DNA of 64,000 bases. It comes from Myxococcales bacterium (lineage in GTDB: Bacteria > Myxococcota > Myxococcia > Myxococcales > UBA5297). Below the pieces are notes generated by a model. The model was not told the origin of the DNA and made no database searches. It was given only the letters and a program-made list of their open reading frames with translations. Positions 49,447 through 59,188 of the stretch are shown here, one piece after another. Made by a program: the position numbers and the translations under genes. Position 1 is the first letter of the stretch. Every line of letters begins with the position of its first letter. The stretch is taken from positions 1-64,000 of the forward strand of contig JBBIQS010000033.1 in the NCBI GenBank assembly GCA_037442205.1. The letters are read 5' to 3'.

Positions 49447-51281
49447 CCTCGCTCGTGTCGCTCGCGCTCGGCCTGCTGGTCGCAGCAACGCCAGGCAAAG
49501 CGGATCCTCTGGTCCTGGCGCTCGTGGTCGGCAGCAACCAAGGCGCCGGACTCTCCCAGCCGCCGCTGCACTACGCCGACGACGACGCCGCCCGCTACCT
49601 TGAGACCTTCGAGGCCCTCTACGGGCCGGAGAGCGCGACTCTGCTCACCGCTTTCGACCGCGACAGCGCTCGGCTCTTCGGCCCTCTGGTCGACAAGGCG
49701 CGGGCTCCGACCAAGGCCAACGTGCTCGTCGCCGCGCAGGAGGTCGCTGCCAAGGCCAGAGCAGCCGAGGAGCGCGGGCGAGAGGTAGAGCTCTACTTCG
49801 TCTTCGCCGGCCACGGCGACGTCGATCGCGGCAGCGGCTTCCTGAGCCTGGCGGACGGCCCCTTCACCTCCGAGGACCTCGAGGGGCTGCTCAGGGCTTT
49901 TCCGGCGAAGCGCAAGCACGTCATCCTCGACAGCTGCAACTCGTTCTTCGTGATCAGCCCGCGCAGGCCGGGCGGGCGGCGGTTCGCCACTCCCTCCGAT
50001 GCCGCGCAGGCGCTCGCCCGCCGGATGCCGGAGGTCGGGGTCTTCCTCTCCACCAGCGCCGAGGCCGAGGTCTACGAGTGGTCCGAGCTCCAGTCGGGGA
50101 TCTTCAGCCACGCGGTGCGTTCGGGAATGTTGGGGGCGGCCGACGCCGATGGCGACGGCCAGGTCAGCTACGAGGAGCTGGCAGCATTCGTTGAGACCGC
50201 CGCGGCGCCGGTCAAGAACCCGCTGATGAGGCCCAAGGTCTACGCCCGCGGGCCCGGCGGCGATGACCGAAGCGCCATCTCCGCGCCGGCTCGCTCGGCC
50301 GCGCCGGCGCTGACCATCCACGAGCCCGGGCCGGTGCGCCTGACGGTGCGCGACGAGAGCGAGCTGCGCTGGCTGGACGTCCACGCCGAGCCGGGCGCCG
50401 AGGTGATCCTGCGGCTGCCGGCGGGCCTGGAGAAGGGGATGGTGATCGAGCGCGGGACTGCTTTGGGGAAGGAGCGCCTGGTGGCAGCCGCGGTGCCGGC
50501 CAGGCTGGAGCTGGGCGCCATGAGCTGGGCACCTCAGGAGGCCTCTTCGCGCTCGGCGCAGGAGCAGCTGCAGACCCTGTTCTCGCTGCCCTTCGGTGCC
50601 CGCGCGCTGGAGTCCTGGCGCGCCGAGCGTGCGGCGCAGCCGGAGCCGGTCTACGGGATCACGCGCGAGGACGGCGAGAGGATGGACCGTCTGCTGGGTC
50701 AGCTGGCGGACACCGACCGTTCGCGCCGGCTCAGCGCCGGAATCCTCTCGGCGGCTGGCGGCTTCGGGCTGGGGGTGCTGGGCGCGCTGTCGCTGCGCGA
50801 CGGCCACCGGGAGGGCTACGTCTTCCTGGGCACCGGTGCCGTGATGCTGGGTGTCTCGGCGCTCGCCTTCCTGCCGAGCAGCGGGGAGAAGGCCTGGGCT
50901 GCATTTCGGGAGGAGATGGCGGCCGGGACTGACCCGGTTCAGGTGGTCGCCAGGACCGAAGCGCGCCTCCAGGAGATGTTGGGCGGCGAGCGACTCGCCC
51001 GCCGGCTCAACGCAGTCACCGCCGGCCTGATGCTCGCCAGCGGCATCGGGCTGGTCGCGGTCAGTGAGTCCTCGTCGCGGCCGGATCGACCGACCGCCAC
51101 CGGCTTTGGAGTGGCCCTGGCGGCGCTTGGAGCCTCGATCGGCCTATCGAGCCTGCTGATGGAAACGCCGGTGGAGCGGGTGATCGGCATCTGGAACCAG
51201 GATCCTGGCATCGCCAAGATGCGCCTGGGCCTGGCGCCGGTGAACGGCGGCGGTCTGCTCTCTCTCAGCGGCGAGTTCTAG
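49443..51281 (+). CDS. Exported caspase-like (peptidase C14/metacaspase-type) protein with C-terminal TM hairpins
   Basis: ATG overlaps the anti-sigma stop (ATGA). Signal peptide MTSLVSLALGLLVAATPGKA. His-Gly dyad context YFVFAGHGD and Cys context HVILDSCNSFF, matching the caspase/metacaspase HG...D[SA]C[HN]S pattern. Four hydrophobic helices in the last roughly 170 aa. Confidence 0.7.
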   Translation: MTSLVSLALGLLVAATPGKADPLVLALVVGSNQGAGLSQPPLHYADDDAARYLETFEALYGPESATLLTAFDRDSARLFGPLVDKARAPTKANVLVAAQEVAAKARAAEERGREVELYFVFAGHGDVDRGSGFLSLADGPFTSEDLEGLLRAFPAKRKHVILDSCNSFFVISPRRPGGRRFATPSDAAQALARRMPEVGVFLSTSAEAEVYEWSELQSGIFSHAVRSGMLGAADADGDGQVSYEELAAFVETAAAPVKNPLMRPKVYARGPGGDDRSAISAPARSAAPALTIHEPGPVRLTVRDESELRWLDVHAEPGAEVILRLPAGLEKGMVIERGTALGKERLVAAAVPARLELGAMSWAPQEASSRSAQEQLQTLFSLPFGARALESWRAERAAQPEPVYGITREDGERMDRLLGQLADTDRSRRLSAGILSAAGGFGLGVLGALSLRDGHREGYVFLGTGAVMLGVSALAFLPSSGEKAWAAFREEMAAGTDPVQVVARTEARLQEMLGGERLARRLNAVTAGLMLASGIGLVAVSESSSRPDRPTATGFGVALAALGASIGLSSLLMETPVERVIGIWNQDPGIAKMRLGLAPVNGGGLLSLSGEF

Positions 51282-51285
51282 GGGA

Positions 51286-54200
51286 TCAGAGCGCGAGCGC
51301 CACCGTGGGGCCGGCGAACAAGTAGCCGCGCTGGGCGCCGGCCGGGGCGGTGAAGAACCAGGTTCCTGGAACCTCGAGCCCGAGCGAGAGCCAGCGGGTC
51401 AGCGAAACCTGCACCCCGGCGCTCCCTCCGATGCCAGCGGCGACGGATCGGGCAAAGAGGACCGGGACCTCCAGGGCCAGCACCGGCCGCACCTTCCCCT
51501 GGGCGTTGAAGGGAACCCACTCCAGCCGCGCCAGCAGGCCCATCTGCCCGGTGACCAGAACGCCGGCGCTGGCGGTCAGCGACTGCAACAGCCGGTAGCC
51601 CACGGTCGCGGCGACCGCGCCGCCGCGCTCCTGCGCCAGCATCACTTCGAGCCTCGCCTGGATCACCGTCCGCCCCGCCGACGCCTTCGTTCGCGCCACC
51701 GGCGAGGGACCGAACAGGCCAACTGCCGCCTCCGCCGACATGTCCAGCAGCTCGTCCTCCGCCGATCCGTTGGACTGGGCGCTGTACCGCTTTTCCACCT
51801 GGGCCTTGTGGGCGTTGAAGAGCTGGGCGCTGAAGACCAGGGTGTCGCCCAGTCGGCCCAGGCTGGCGCTGAGCAGCTGGTCGACGCCCAGCGCGCCGCC
51901 GATCTCCGCCAGGCAGCCGCTGTCGGAGCAGCCGATGAGCTGGCGCTGCCGCTCGTAGGAGAGAACGGCCTGCAGCTCCTTGGTGGAGACCACCCGCACC
52001 GTCGGCCGCTCCTGGATGCTGGCTAGAAACGAGGCGCTGACGATCTCCGCGACTCCCGATTCCACCCCGAGGCCGGCCTGCATTCCCAGGAAGGCCACCT
52101 TCACCGCCTTGGGCTTGGCCGGCGATGCGACCGGCGCAGCGGCGGCCTCGGCAGCCGGCGCGCTCGGAGCTGGCGGAGGAGCCGGCTGGGCGCTGGCGGC
52201 TGGCGGAGGTATCGGAGAAGCCGGGGGCGAGGTCGAGGCGTCCGCGGCAGGGGCGGTCGCGGCCGCCGGCGGCGTAGGAGGCTCGGGCGCCTTCTTCGCC
52301 GCCGCAGCCGGCGGCTTGGGCTTGGCCGGTTTCGGCTTTTCCGCAGAGAACGCCATGGCCGGGATTAGCAGCGCGACAGCGAGCGCCGCGGCCGAGCGCC
52401 GCCGACGCAGTGCCACCAGGGCTCCGAGCGCTGCCAACAGCGGTCCGCCGCCGCCCGCGTTGCAGCCGCAGCGAGGGGGCGCGAAGAGGTTGGGGTCGGC
52501 CGCCGCCGGCCCTCCGACCTGGCAGGCGCCCTTCTCACAGTAGCCGCTGGCGCAGTCCTCGGCCGCGGCGCAGCCCTGTCCGGCGGCTCGCTTGCAGGTG
52601 CCCTGGCCGTCGCAGGAGCCGTCGCAACCCCTCCCGGCGAAGGTCTCGTTCTGCGGCACCGCGGTGCAGACCCCCAGGTGGCCCGGCAGCCCGCAGGCCA
52701 TGCAGCTGCCGGCGCAGTCCGAGTCGCAGCACACGCCATCGACGCAGCGACCGTCGGCGCACTCGGTGCCTCCAGTGCAGGGCACCCCGTTGCGCGCCTT
52801 GCACTTGCCGGCCCCGTCGCACGCCAGCGCCAGGCCGCCACAGTCGCGATCCTGCTCGCCGGCCGGGACGAAGGCGCACTGGCCCTCCTTGCCCGGCAGA
52901 TTGCAGGAGCGGCACTGGCCGGCGCACGAGTTCTCGCAGCAGACGTTCCCCACGCACTGGCCGGTGACGCACTGGGACCCGTCTCCGCACGGCTGCCCCT
53001 GCCGCCACAGGCAGGCCCCGGCTCCGTCGCAGGCCTGGGCGCCGACGCAGGCCTTGCCGTCGCCCTGGCCGCGCGGGACGCTGCTGCAGATGCCCTGGCG
53101 CTCGGGGACGTTGCAGGCCTGGCAGGCCCCGGCGCAGGCGCTGTCGCAGCAGAAGCCATCGATACAGTGTCCCGACAGGCATTCCGCCGCCGACTGGCAG
53201 ATCTGCCCGGACGGCTTCATGGCGCAGCCGCCGCTGCCGTCGCAGGCGTTGGGGGCGGCGCAGGTGTCGGGGTCGAGCTGCCCCTTGGGCACCGGCGAGC
53301 AGCGGCCGATCGATCCGGGCACGTTGCAGGCCTGGCAGGTGCCGGTGCAGGCGCCCTCGCAGCAGACCCCGTCCACGCACTGGCCGCTGGCGCACTTCGA
53401 TTTGTCCGAGCAGGGCTGGCCAAGGCTGGCGCAGGCGCCCTCGCAGCACTTGCCGTCGACGCACGATCCGCTCAGGCACTCGCTCGGTCCGGCGCAGCTC
53501 TGTCCGGCAACCTTGAGGCAGGCTCCGGCGCCGTCGCAGACCGCCGGGGCCAGGCAGGTGTCGAGATCGGCCGCTCCCCTCGGCACCGGGGTGCAGCTGC
53601 CGAGCTTGTTCGGGACGTTGCACGCCTGGCAGATCCCGGTGCAGGCGCTGTCGCAGCACTGGCCGTCGACGCAGAAGCCGCTCAGGCAGTCGGCGGGCGA
53701 GGCGCAGGCCTGGGCCGCCACCAGCTTGCAGACCCCGGCGCCGTCGCAGGCCCGCGGCGCGGCGCAGGCCGGCGCGCTCAGCCCGGCCGGGACCGGGAGG
53801 CACTTGCCCAGGTTGCCGGCCAGGCTGCAGCTCTCGCAGGGGCCGGCGCAGGCCGCGTCGCAGCACAGCCCGCCGGCGCAGAAGCCGGAGAGGCACTCGC
53901 CATTGGCGGCGCAGGCCTGGGCGGCGGTGAGCTTGCAACTCCCGCTCCCGTCGCAGGACTTGGGGGCGGCGCAGGTGTCGGGGTCCGGGGCGCCGGCGGC
54001 GACCGGGGTGCAGGTCCCGCGGCGCCCGACCAGATTGCACGCCTGGCAGGTGCCGCCGCAGGCGCCGTCGCAGCAGAGCCCGTCGACGCAGAAGCCGCTG
54101 GCGCACTGGCTGGCGCCGGTGCAGGCGCTGCCGGCCACCAGCAGGCATTTGCCCAGCCCGTCGCAGGCGTTGGGGGCGGCACAGCTGGCGGTGGTCTGTC

Positions 54201-57200
54201 CGGCGGCGACGTCGGCGCAGCTCCCCAGCTTCCCCGGCAGGTTGCAGGCCTGGCAGGGGCCGCAGCTACCCCCGCAGCAGACCCCGTCGGCGCAGCGCCC
54301 CGAGGCGCAGTCGGCCCCGGTCGCACAGGCCTGGCCGTTGGCCAGCTTGCAGGAGCCGAAGCCGTCGCAGGACTGCGTCGCCAGGCAGCCGCGCGCGGAG
54401 AACTGCGGCGCCGGCCCGCAGGCCCCCTGGTGCTGCGGGTTGTTGCAGGCCAGGCAGGCTCCGGTGCAGGGCAGGTCGCAGCAGAAGCCGTCGGCGCAGA
54501 AGCCGGTCTGGCACTCCGAGGCCGCGGCGCAGGGCTGGCCCGAGAGCTTCTTGCAGGCGCCGGCGCCGTCGCAGGCCGCGGTGCCGCTGCAGCCGGAGCG
54601 CGCGGGCTGGCCGGCCGGGGTCGGGACGCACATTCCAGGGACGGGGGCCACGTTGCAGGACTGGCAGGTCGCGGCGCAGGCGCTCTGGCAGCAGACCCCG
54701 TCCACGCAGAAGCCGCTCAGGCAGTCCGAGCCGGCGGCGCAGGGCTGCCCGGAGCGCAGCCGGCACAGGCCGGTGCCGTCGCAGGCGCGCGACAGGGTGC
54801 AGGTGCGGCCGTCCTCGGCGCCGGCGGTGACGCTCAGGCAGATCCCGGGGGTCGGGGCGAGGTTGCAGGCCTGGCAGGTCCCGCAGACCGAGGCGCAGCA
54901 GACCCCGTTGACGCAGTGGCCGGAGGTGCACTGGACGTCGGCAGTGCAGGGACCGCCGACGACCCCCTTCCCGATCTGCATTGGGGCGGCGACGCTCGGG
55001 ATTCCGGCGGTGGTGACGAAGAGCAGGTAGTGGCCGATTCCGAGTCCGGCGGGGAGCTTGGCGGTGAGGGTGGAGTCGTCGAACGAGCTGGCCGGAAAGC
55101 GGTGCAGCCCGGAGCCGTCGGCGGGCATCAGGGTGAGCACCGGTAGGTCGGCGACGGCGCCGGACGAGGTGCCGCCGCTGGCGCCGGCGGGGCCGCGGAA
55201 GCCGGAGCCGGTGAGGGCGACGGTGTCGCCGGGAGCCGCCCAGGCCGGAGCGGTGGCGATGGTCGGGCGAGCCGGAGCGAAGACGTCCAGCCCGGGATCC
55301 GAGAGCAGCGCCTCAGTGGTGGTCGCGCCGTTGGTGGTGCCGACCAGGAGGGCAGCGGCGCCCGGCATCAGGAGCGCTGCCTGGAGCAGGTGGGCGTTCT
55401 CCATCGGGATCGTCGGGCGCCAGGTCTCGGTCTGCGGATCGTAGAACTCCGCCGAGGCATTGGACATGGTCGAAGCGTTGGTCGGCGGGAAGTAGATCGG
55501 CGGTGCGGCGCCTGCCACCAGCACCTTGCCGGTGGGGAGCAGGACGGCGGAGTGGCCTACGCGGGGAAAGGTCATCGGGGCGGTGAACGCCGAGGCTCCC
55601 TTGGCGGGGTCGAACAGCTCGGCCGAGGCCAGCGCGGCGCCGCTGGCGTCGACGCCACCGGCGACGAGCACCTTCCCCGACGGCAGCAGGGTCAGGGTCG
55701 GGTCGCCGGTGATGCGCAGGGTGCGCAAGTATCCGGCGATGGACCAGCTGTTGGTGGTCGGGTCGTAGATCCGGAACGAGCCGTCGGTGCGGTGCAGGCC
55801 CAGCACCTTGCCGTCGGCGAGCCGTAGCATCTGGCTGACGCAGGTCAGGGTCGCCGAGGTGGTGGCGGTGAAGGACCCGGTGGAAGGATCGAAGATATCG
55901 TGAGTGTAGTCGCAGCTGGTGGCGCCGCCGGCGATCAACACCCTGCCGTCGGCCAGCGCGACGGCAGAATGGCGGAATCGGGCGACCGCCATCGGGCCGG
56001 TGGTCGGCGTCCAGGAGTTGGCGGTCGGGTCGTAGATTTCAGCGGTGCTGACTTGCTGGAAGTACGAGAGGCCGCCGCCGGTCACCAGCACCTTGCCGGT
56101 GGGCAGCAGCGTGGCGGTGAACGGGGACGGGCGCGGATCTCGATCTAGCGGATCGACGCGCACGGTCCCCATCGAGGCCGCCCGGGTGAAGGTGCCGGTC
56201 GCCGGGTCGAAGATCTCCGCCGAGCTGATGGTCCCCGACCCCAGGATCAGCGCCTTCCCCCCAGGGAGCGGAGTGGCGGCAAGCGGCCTGAGCAGCTGGG
56301 TCATCGGTGCCGGCCGACGCCAGCCTCCGACCTGCTCGCGGTAGAGCTCGGCGGCGGCGGTGGCGGGGGCGGTCCCGGGGTTGCCGCCCGCCATCAGGAT
56401 GCTCCCGTCGTGCAGCACCGCCGCCGAAAAGGTCATCCGAGCCAGCGCGAGGCCGGGCGAGGGGAGCCAGCGGTCGACCCCGGGATCGTAGAGCTCGACG
56501 CTGGCAGTCATCGGGCCGGTGAGGCCGGGCTGGCCGCCGGCGACCGCCACCCTCCCGCTGGGCAGCGTGAGTGCGACGTGCTTGTAGCGGGCCTGGGCCA
56601 GCCCCGGCGCCGCGGTCCAGGACGAGGTCTTCGGGTCGTAGATCTCCGCAGTGGCCACGCGGTTGCCGGCGGCGTCCTCGCCGCCCGCCACCAGGACCCT
56701 CCCGTCCAGGAGCAGGCTCGCGGTGTGCGAGGCGCGCCCGGCCGCCAGCGGGCCGGCGAGCGCCCAGGCGCCAGCGGGGCCGGCGGCCGGATCGAAGACC
56801 TCGCAGCTCGCCAGGACCGTGCCCGCCCGGCCGCCGGCGAGCAGGACCTTGCCCGTGGAGAGCCGGGTGAGCGTGCCGCCGATGCGGGGAGCATTCATCG
56901 GCGGCGTGGACACCCAGGTTCCGGTGTTCGGGTCGAGCAGCGACGCCCCCGAGGCGGTCACCGCCAGGATGCGCCCGTCGGCGAGCAGCGCCGTGGTCCG
57001 ATAGGCGGCCAGAATGGTGGGTCCCAGCGCGGACCACAGGTTGGTTGCCGGGTCGTAGATCTCGGGCTGGATCGACTGCGTGGAATAGGGCGGGAAGGGG
57101 ATCACTTCGGCCGGAATCTTCACCACCCGGCCATCGGCGAGCAGGTGTGCGGAGTGCCCCACCTCCGGATACACCATCGAGCCCGCCGGCGCCCAGGAGC

Positions 57201-58956
57201 CGGTGGCCGGGTCCAGCAGCTCGGCGGTGGCGGTGACGGTAGTGCCGTCAGTGTATCCGCCGGCGACCAGCACCTTGCCGGAGGCGAGCACGGTCATCGA
57301 GGCGCCCTTCCTGGGAATGGCCATCGAGTTGACCGGGGTAACGGCGGGGTCGACCGTGTACCTCTCGGACGACGACAGGGCGGCGCCGGCGGCCTTGCCT
57401 CCGAGCACCAGCACGTCGCCGCTGGCGAGCACCGCCGCCGAGGCCTGCTGGCGCGCTGCCTTGAGCGGCACCGATTGCCAGAACCCCTTGGAGAGCCCGT
57501 CGTAGAGCTCGGTGCTGGCCAGGGACGCAGCGCCGTCGCTGCCGCCCAGCAGCAGCGCTTTGCCGGAGGGGAGCAGCACCGACGCATGGGCGCGGCGGCC
57601 GGTCACCAGGCCGGAGGCCGTGGCAGCCCAGGTGCCCTTGGCCTCGTCAAAGAGCAGGGCGCTGGCCAGGACGTCGGTCCCGGTGCTGGTGCCGCCGGCG
57701 ACCAGCACCCCGCCGGTGCGCAGGCGGGTGGCGCTGTGCTCGGAGCGGGGGGAGGGGAGGTTGGCCGCGGTCCAGCTGCCGGTGGCCGGGTCGTAGAGGT
57801 CGGCGTTGGCCACCGGGCCGGAGGCAATCGTTCCGCCGACGACCAGCACCCGCCCGTCGCCGAGCCGGGCCGCTGCCGCGCGCGCGCGCGGGGCGATGCT
57901 CCCGGCGGCCGAGAAGCTGCGCTTGGTGGGATCGTAGAGCTCGGCGAGACCGGCGGCGTCGCCTCCGGCAATCAGCACCCTGCCGTTGGCCAGCAGGGTG
58001 GCGGTGGCGAAGCTGCGCGGCGCGGCCATGGGAGCGGTGGCGGTCCAGGCGCGCAGCACCGGGTCGAAGGTCTCGCAGCTGGCGTTGCCACCGCCGCAGA
58101 CGAGCAAGGTTCCGTTGCCCAGCAGCGTGGCGGTCGCGCCCAGGTGGCCGACGGCCATCGGGCTCGGTTCGGCGGTCCAGGTTCCGGCGAGTGGCTCGTA
58201 CCAGTCGCAGCGGGCCAGCGCGGTGGTCCCGTCGGCGGTGCCGCCGCAGGCGAGCAGCCGCCCGTCGCTCATCAGCGCCAGGGCCTGGTCGTAGCGCGCC
58301 TGGCCGAAAGTGCCCACTGTCGTCTCCCAGGAGGGATCGAGCAGGATTGGCGCCTCCAGTCCCGAGGTGTCGAGGGCGATGGTGAGCTGGTCTCCTTCGA
58401 TCGAGAGGCTCGCCTCCGTCCGGCGGCCCCTGGCGTCGAGTGCCCAGGGCGGCGCCAGGCGCAGGCGCGCCATCCCCGAGTCGTCCACCACCTCGCCGCT
58501 GGGGAGCAGCCGGCCCCCATCGACAATCACCTGGTAGTCGAAGCGGCGCGGCGCACTCGGCCCCCGCAGGAACAGCAGTTCCTCGTAGCGCCCGGGGCTC
58601 GCCACCTGGACGACGTCGGTGTCCGAATAGGCGTCGCGGAAGACCGTGGCCGCGCCGTCGCTGGCTGCGGCGGCGACGCTCGCTCCCAGCGCGCGAACCT
58701 GAAGCTCGAGGCCGGCCGCCGACAGCCGGAGCGGGGCCTCGGCAGAGGCGGGCGGAGCCCCCACCACGTCGGCAGAGCGCCCGGTGGGCAGGCGTTCGTC
58801 CGCTCGGCTTTGCAGGCGGTCGGCGGCGGCGGGGAAGCGCTCTCGCAGCTGCTGGAGGAAGTGCTCGGCGCGAGTGCGGTCAGGGTCTCGGCAGGCGCTC
58901 CCGGCCAGGGTCAGCAGCGCGGCGAGGGCAATCGCCGCGCGAGCATGGCGTGGCAT
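51286..58956 (-). CDS. Giant (2556 aa) secreted protein: Kelch-type beta-propeller repeats, about 11 Cys-rich tandem modules, an internal MYXO-CTERM-like segment, and a 368-aa C-terminal lipoprotein/beta-rich domain
   Basis: Signal peptide. Recurring LL.DGRVLV.GG...LYDP....W Kelch motifs over about 1100 aa. Roughly 70-aa modules C.SG.C.DG.CC...C.G.CQ.CN.PG..G.C.PV. The segment RCGCNAGGGGPLLAALGALVALRRRRS is followed in frame, with no stop, by AAALAVALLIPAMAFSAEKP and a further domain. Confidence 0.75.
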   Translation of the reverse strand: MPRHARAAIALAALLTLAGSACRDPDRTRAEHFLQQLRERFPAAADRLQSRADERLPTGRSADVVGAPPASAEAPLRLSAAGLELQVRALGASVAAAASDGAATVFRDAYSDTDVVQVASPGRYEELLFLRGPSAPRRFDYQVIVDGGRLLPSGEVVDDSGMARLRLAPPWALDARGRRTEASLSIEGDQLTIALDTSGLEAPILLDPSWETTVGTFGQARYDQALALMSDGRLLACGGTADGTTALARCDWYEPLAGTWTAEPSPMAVGHLGATATLLGNGTLLVCGGGNASCETFDPVLRAWTATAPMAAPRSFATATLLANGRVLIAGGDAAGLAELYDPTKRSFSAAGSIAPRARAAAARLGDGRVLVVGGTIASGPVANADLYDPATGSWTAANLPSPRSEHSATRLRTGGVLVAGGTSTGTDVLASALLFDEAKGTWAATASGLVTGRRAHASVLLPSGKALLLGGSDGAASLASTELYDGLSKGFWQSVPLKAARQQASAAVLASGDVLVLGGKAAGAALSSSERYTVDPAVTPVNSMAIPRKGASMTVLASGKVLVAGGYTDGTTVTATAELLDPATGSWAPAGSMVYPEVGHSAHLLADGRVVKIPAEVIPFPPYSTQSIQPEIYDPATNLWSALGPTILAAYRTTALLADGRILAVTASGASLLDPNTGTWVSTPPMNAPRIGGTLTRLSTGKVLLAGGRAGTVLASCEVFDPAAGPAGAWALAGPLAAGRASHTASLLLDGRVLVAGGEDAAGNRVATAEIYDPKTSSWTAAPGLAQARYKHVALTLPSGRVAVAGGQPGLTGPMTASVELYDPGVDRWLPSPGLALARMTFSAAVLHDGSILMAGGNPGTAPATAAAELYREQVGGWRRPAPMTQLLRPLAATPLPGGKALILGSGTISSAEIFDPATGTFTRAASMGTVRVDPLDRDPRPSPFTATLLPTGKVLVTGGGLSYFQQVSTAEIYDPTANSWTPTTGPMAVARFRHSAVALADGRVLIAGGATSCDYTHDIFDPSTGSFTATTSATLTCVSQMLRLADGKVLGLHRTDGSFRIYDPTTNSWSIAGYLRTLRITGDPTLTLLPSGKVLVAGGVDASGAALASAELFDPAKGASAFTAPMTFPRVGHSAVLLPTGKVLVAGAAPPIYFPPTNASTMSNASAEFYDPQTETWRPTIPMENAHLLQAALLMPGAAALLVGTTNGATTTEALLSDPGLDVFAPARPTIATAPAWAAPGDTVALTGSGFRGPAGASGGTSSGAVADLPVLTLMPADGSGLHRFPASSFDDSTLTAKLPAGLGIGHYLLFVTTAGIPSVAAPMQIGKGVVGGPCTADVQCTSGHCVNGVCCASVCGTCQACNLAPTPGICLSVTAGAEDGRTCTLSRACDGTGLCRLRSGQPCAAGSDCLSGFCVDGVCCQSACAATCQSCNVAPVPGMCVPTPAGQPARSGCSGTAACDGAGACKKLSGQPCAAASECQTGFCADGFCCDLPCTGACLACNNPQHQGACGPAPQFSARGCLATQSCDGFGSCKLANGQACATGADCASGRCADGVCCGGSCGPCQACNLPGKLGSCADVAAGQTTASCAAPNACDGLGKCLLVAGSACTGASQCASGFCVDGLCCDGACGGTCQACNLVGRRGTCTPVAAGAPDPDTCAAPKSCDGSGSCKLTAAQACAANGECLSGFCAGGLCCDAACAGPCESCSLAGNLGKCLPVPAGLSAPACAAPRACDGAGVCKLVAAQACASPADCLSGFCVDGQCCDSACTGICQACNVPNKLGSCTPVPRGAADLDTCLAPAVCDGAGACLKVAGQSCAGPSECLSGSCVDGKCCEGACASLGQPCSDKSKCASGQCVDGVCCEGACTGTCQACNVPGSIGRCSPVPKGQLDPDTCAAPNACDGSGGCAMKPSGQICQSAAECLSGHCIDGFCCDSACAGACQACNVPERQGICSSVPRGQGDGKACVGAQACDGAGACLWRQGQPCGDGSQCVTGQCVGNVCCENSCAGQCRSCNLPGKEGQCAFVPAGEQDRDCGGLALACDGAGKCKARNGVPCTGGTECADGRCVDGVCCDSDCAGSCMACGLPGHLGVCTAVPQNETFAGRGCDGSCDGQGTCKRAAGQGCAAAEDCASGYCEKGACQVGGPAAADPNLFAPPRCGCNAGGGGPLLAALGALVALRRRRSAAALAVALLIPAMAFSAEKPKPAKPKPPAAAAKKAPEPPTPPAAATAPAADASTSPPASPIPPPAASAQPAPPPAPSAPAAEAAAAPVASPAKPKAVKVAFLGMQAGLGVESGVAEIVSASFLASIQERPTVRVVSTKELQAVLSYERQRQLIGCSDSGCLAEIGGALGVDQLLSASLGRLGDTLVFSAQLFNAHKAQVEKRYSAQSNGSAEDELLDMSAEAAVGLFGPSPVARTKASAGRTVIQARLEVMLAQERGGAVAATVGYRLLQSLTASAGVLVTGQMGLLARLEWVPFNAQGKVRPVLALEVPVLFARSVAAGIGGSAGVQVSLTRWLSLGLEVPGTWFFTAPAGAQRGYLFAGPTVALAL
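52470..54980. repeat. Coding tandem repeats (about 11 units of roughly 210 nt) encoding the Cys-rich modules of the giant protein
   Basis: Periodicity is evident in the translated sequence. It generates long spurious plus-strand ORFs (52592..55030, 52678..55146) through shared wobble positions. Confidence 0.5.
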
Positions 58957-59188
58957 GGCTGCTCCAATGGATGGATGGCGGGCAAGAAAGCGACGACATC
59001 CTACCTTCCCCAGCAGGCGGAGTGGGGTTCACTTGTTTGCCTTGTTTGGAATGCAAAACAGCGGCGGCTCCTCGGGCGCGACGGGGCCGCGGCCAACTGA
59101 GGAGCCGCCGAAAGCGGCAGCGAGAGCGGCACTCCCGTCCGGCGTCAGGGCGGCCGGCTGCGAAATGGAGCGCGCCGCGTCGCGGGAG

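Noticed and set aside
52592-59100. Plus-strand ORFs 52592..55030, 52678..55146 and 56410..59100, opposite the 2556-aa gene
   Set aside because: Generated by the periodic Cys-rich and Kelch repeats. Translations are Ala/Gln/Pro/Gly-rich with no motifs.
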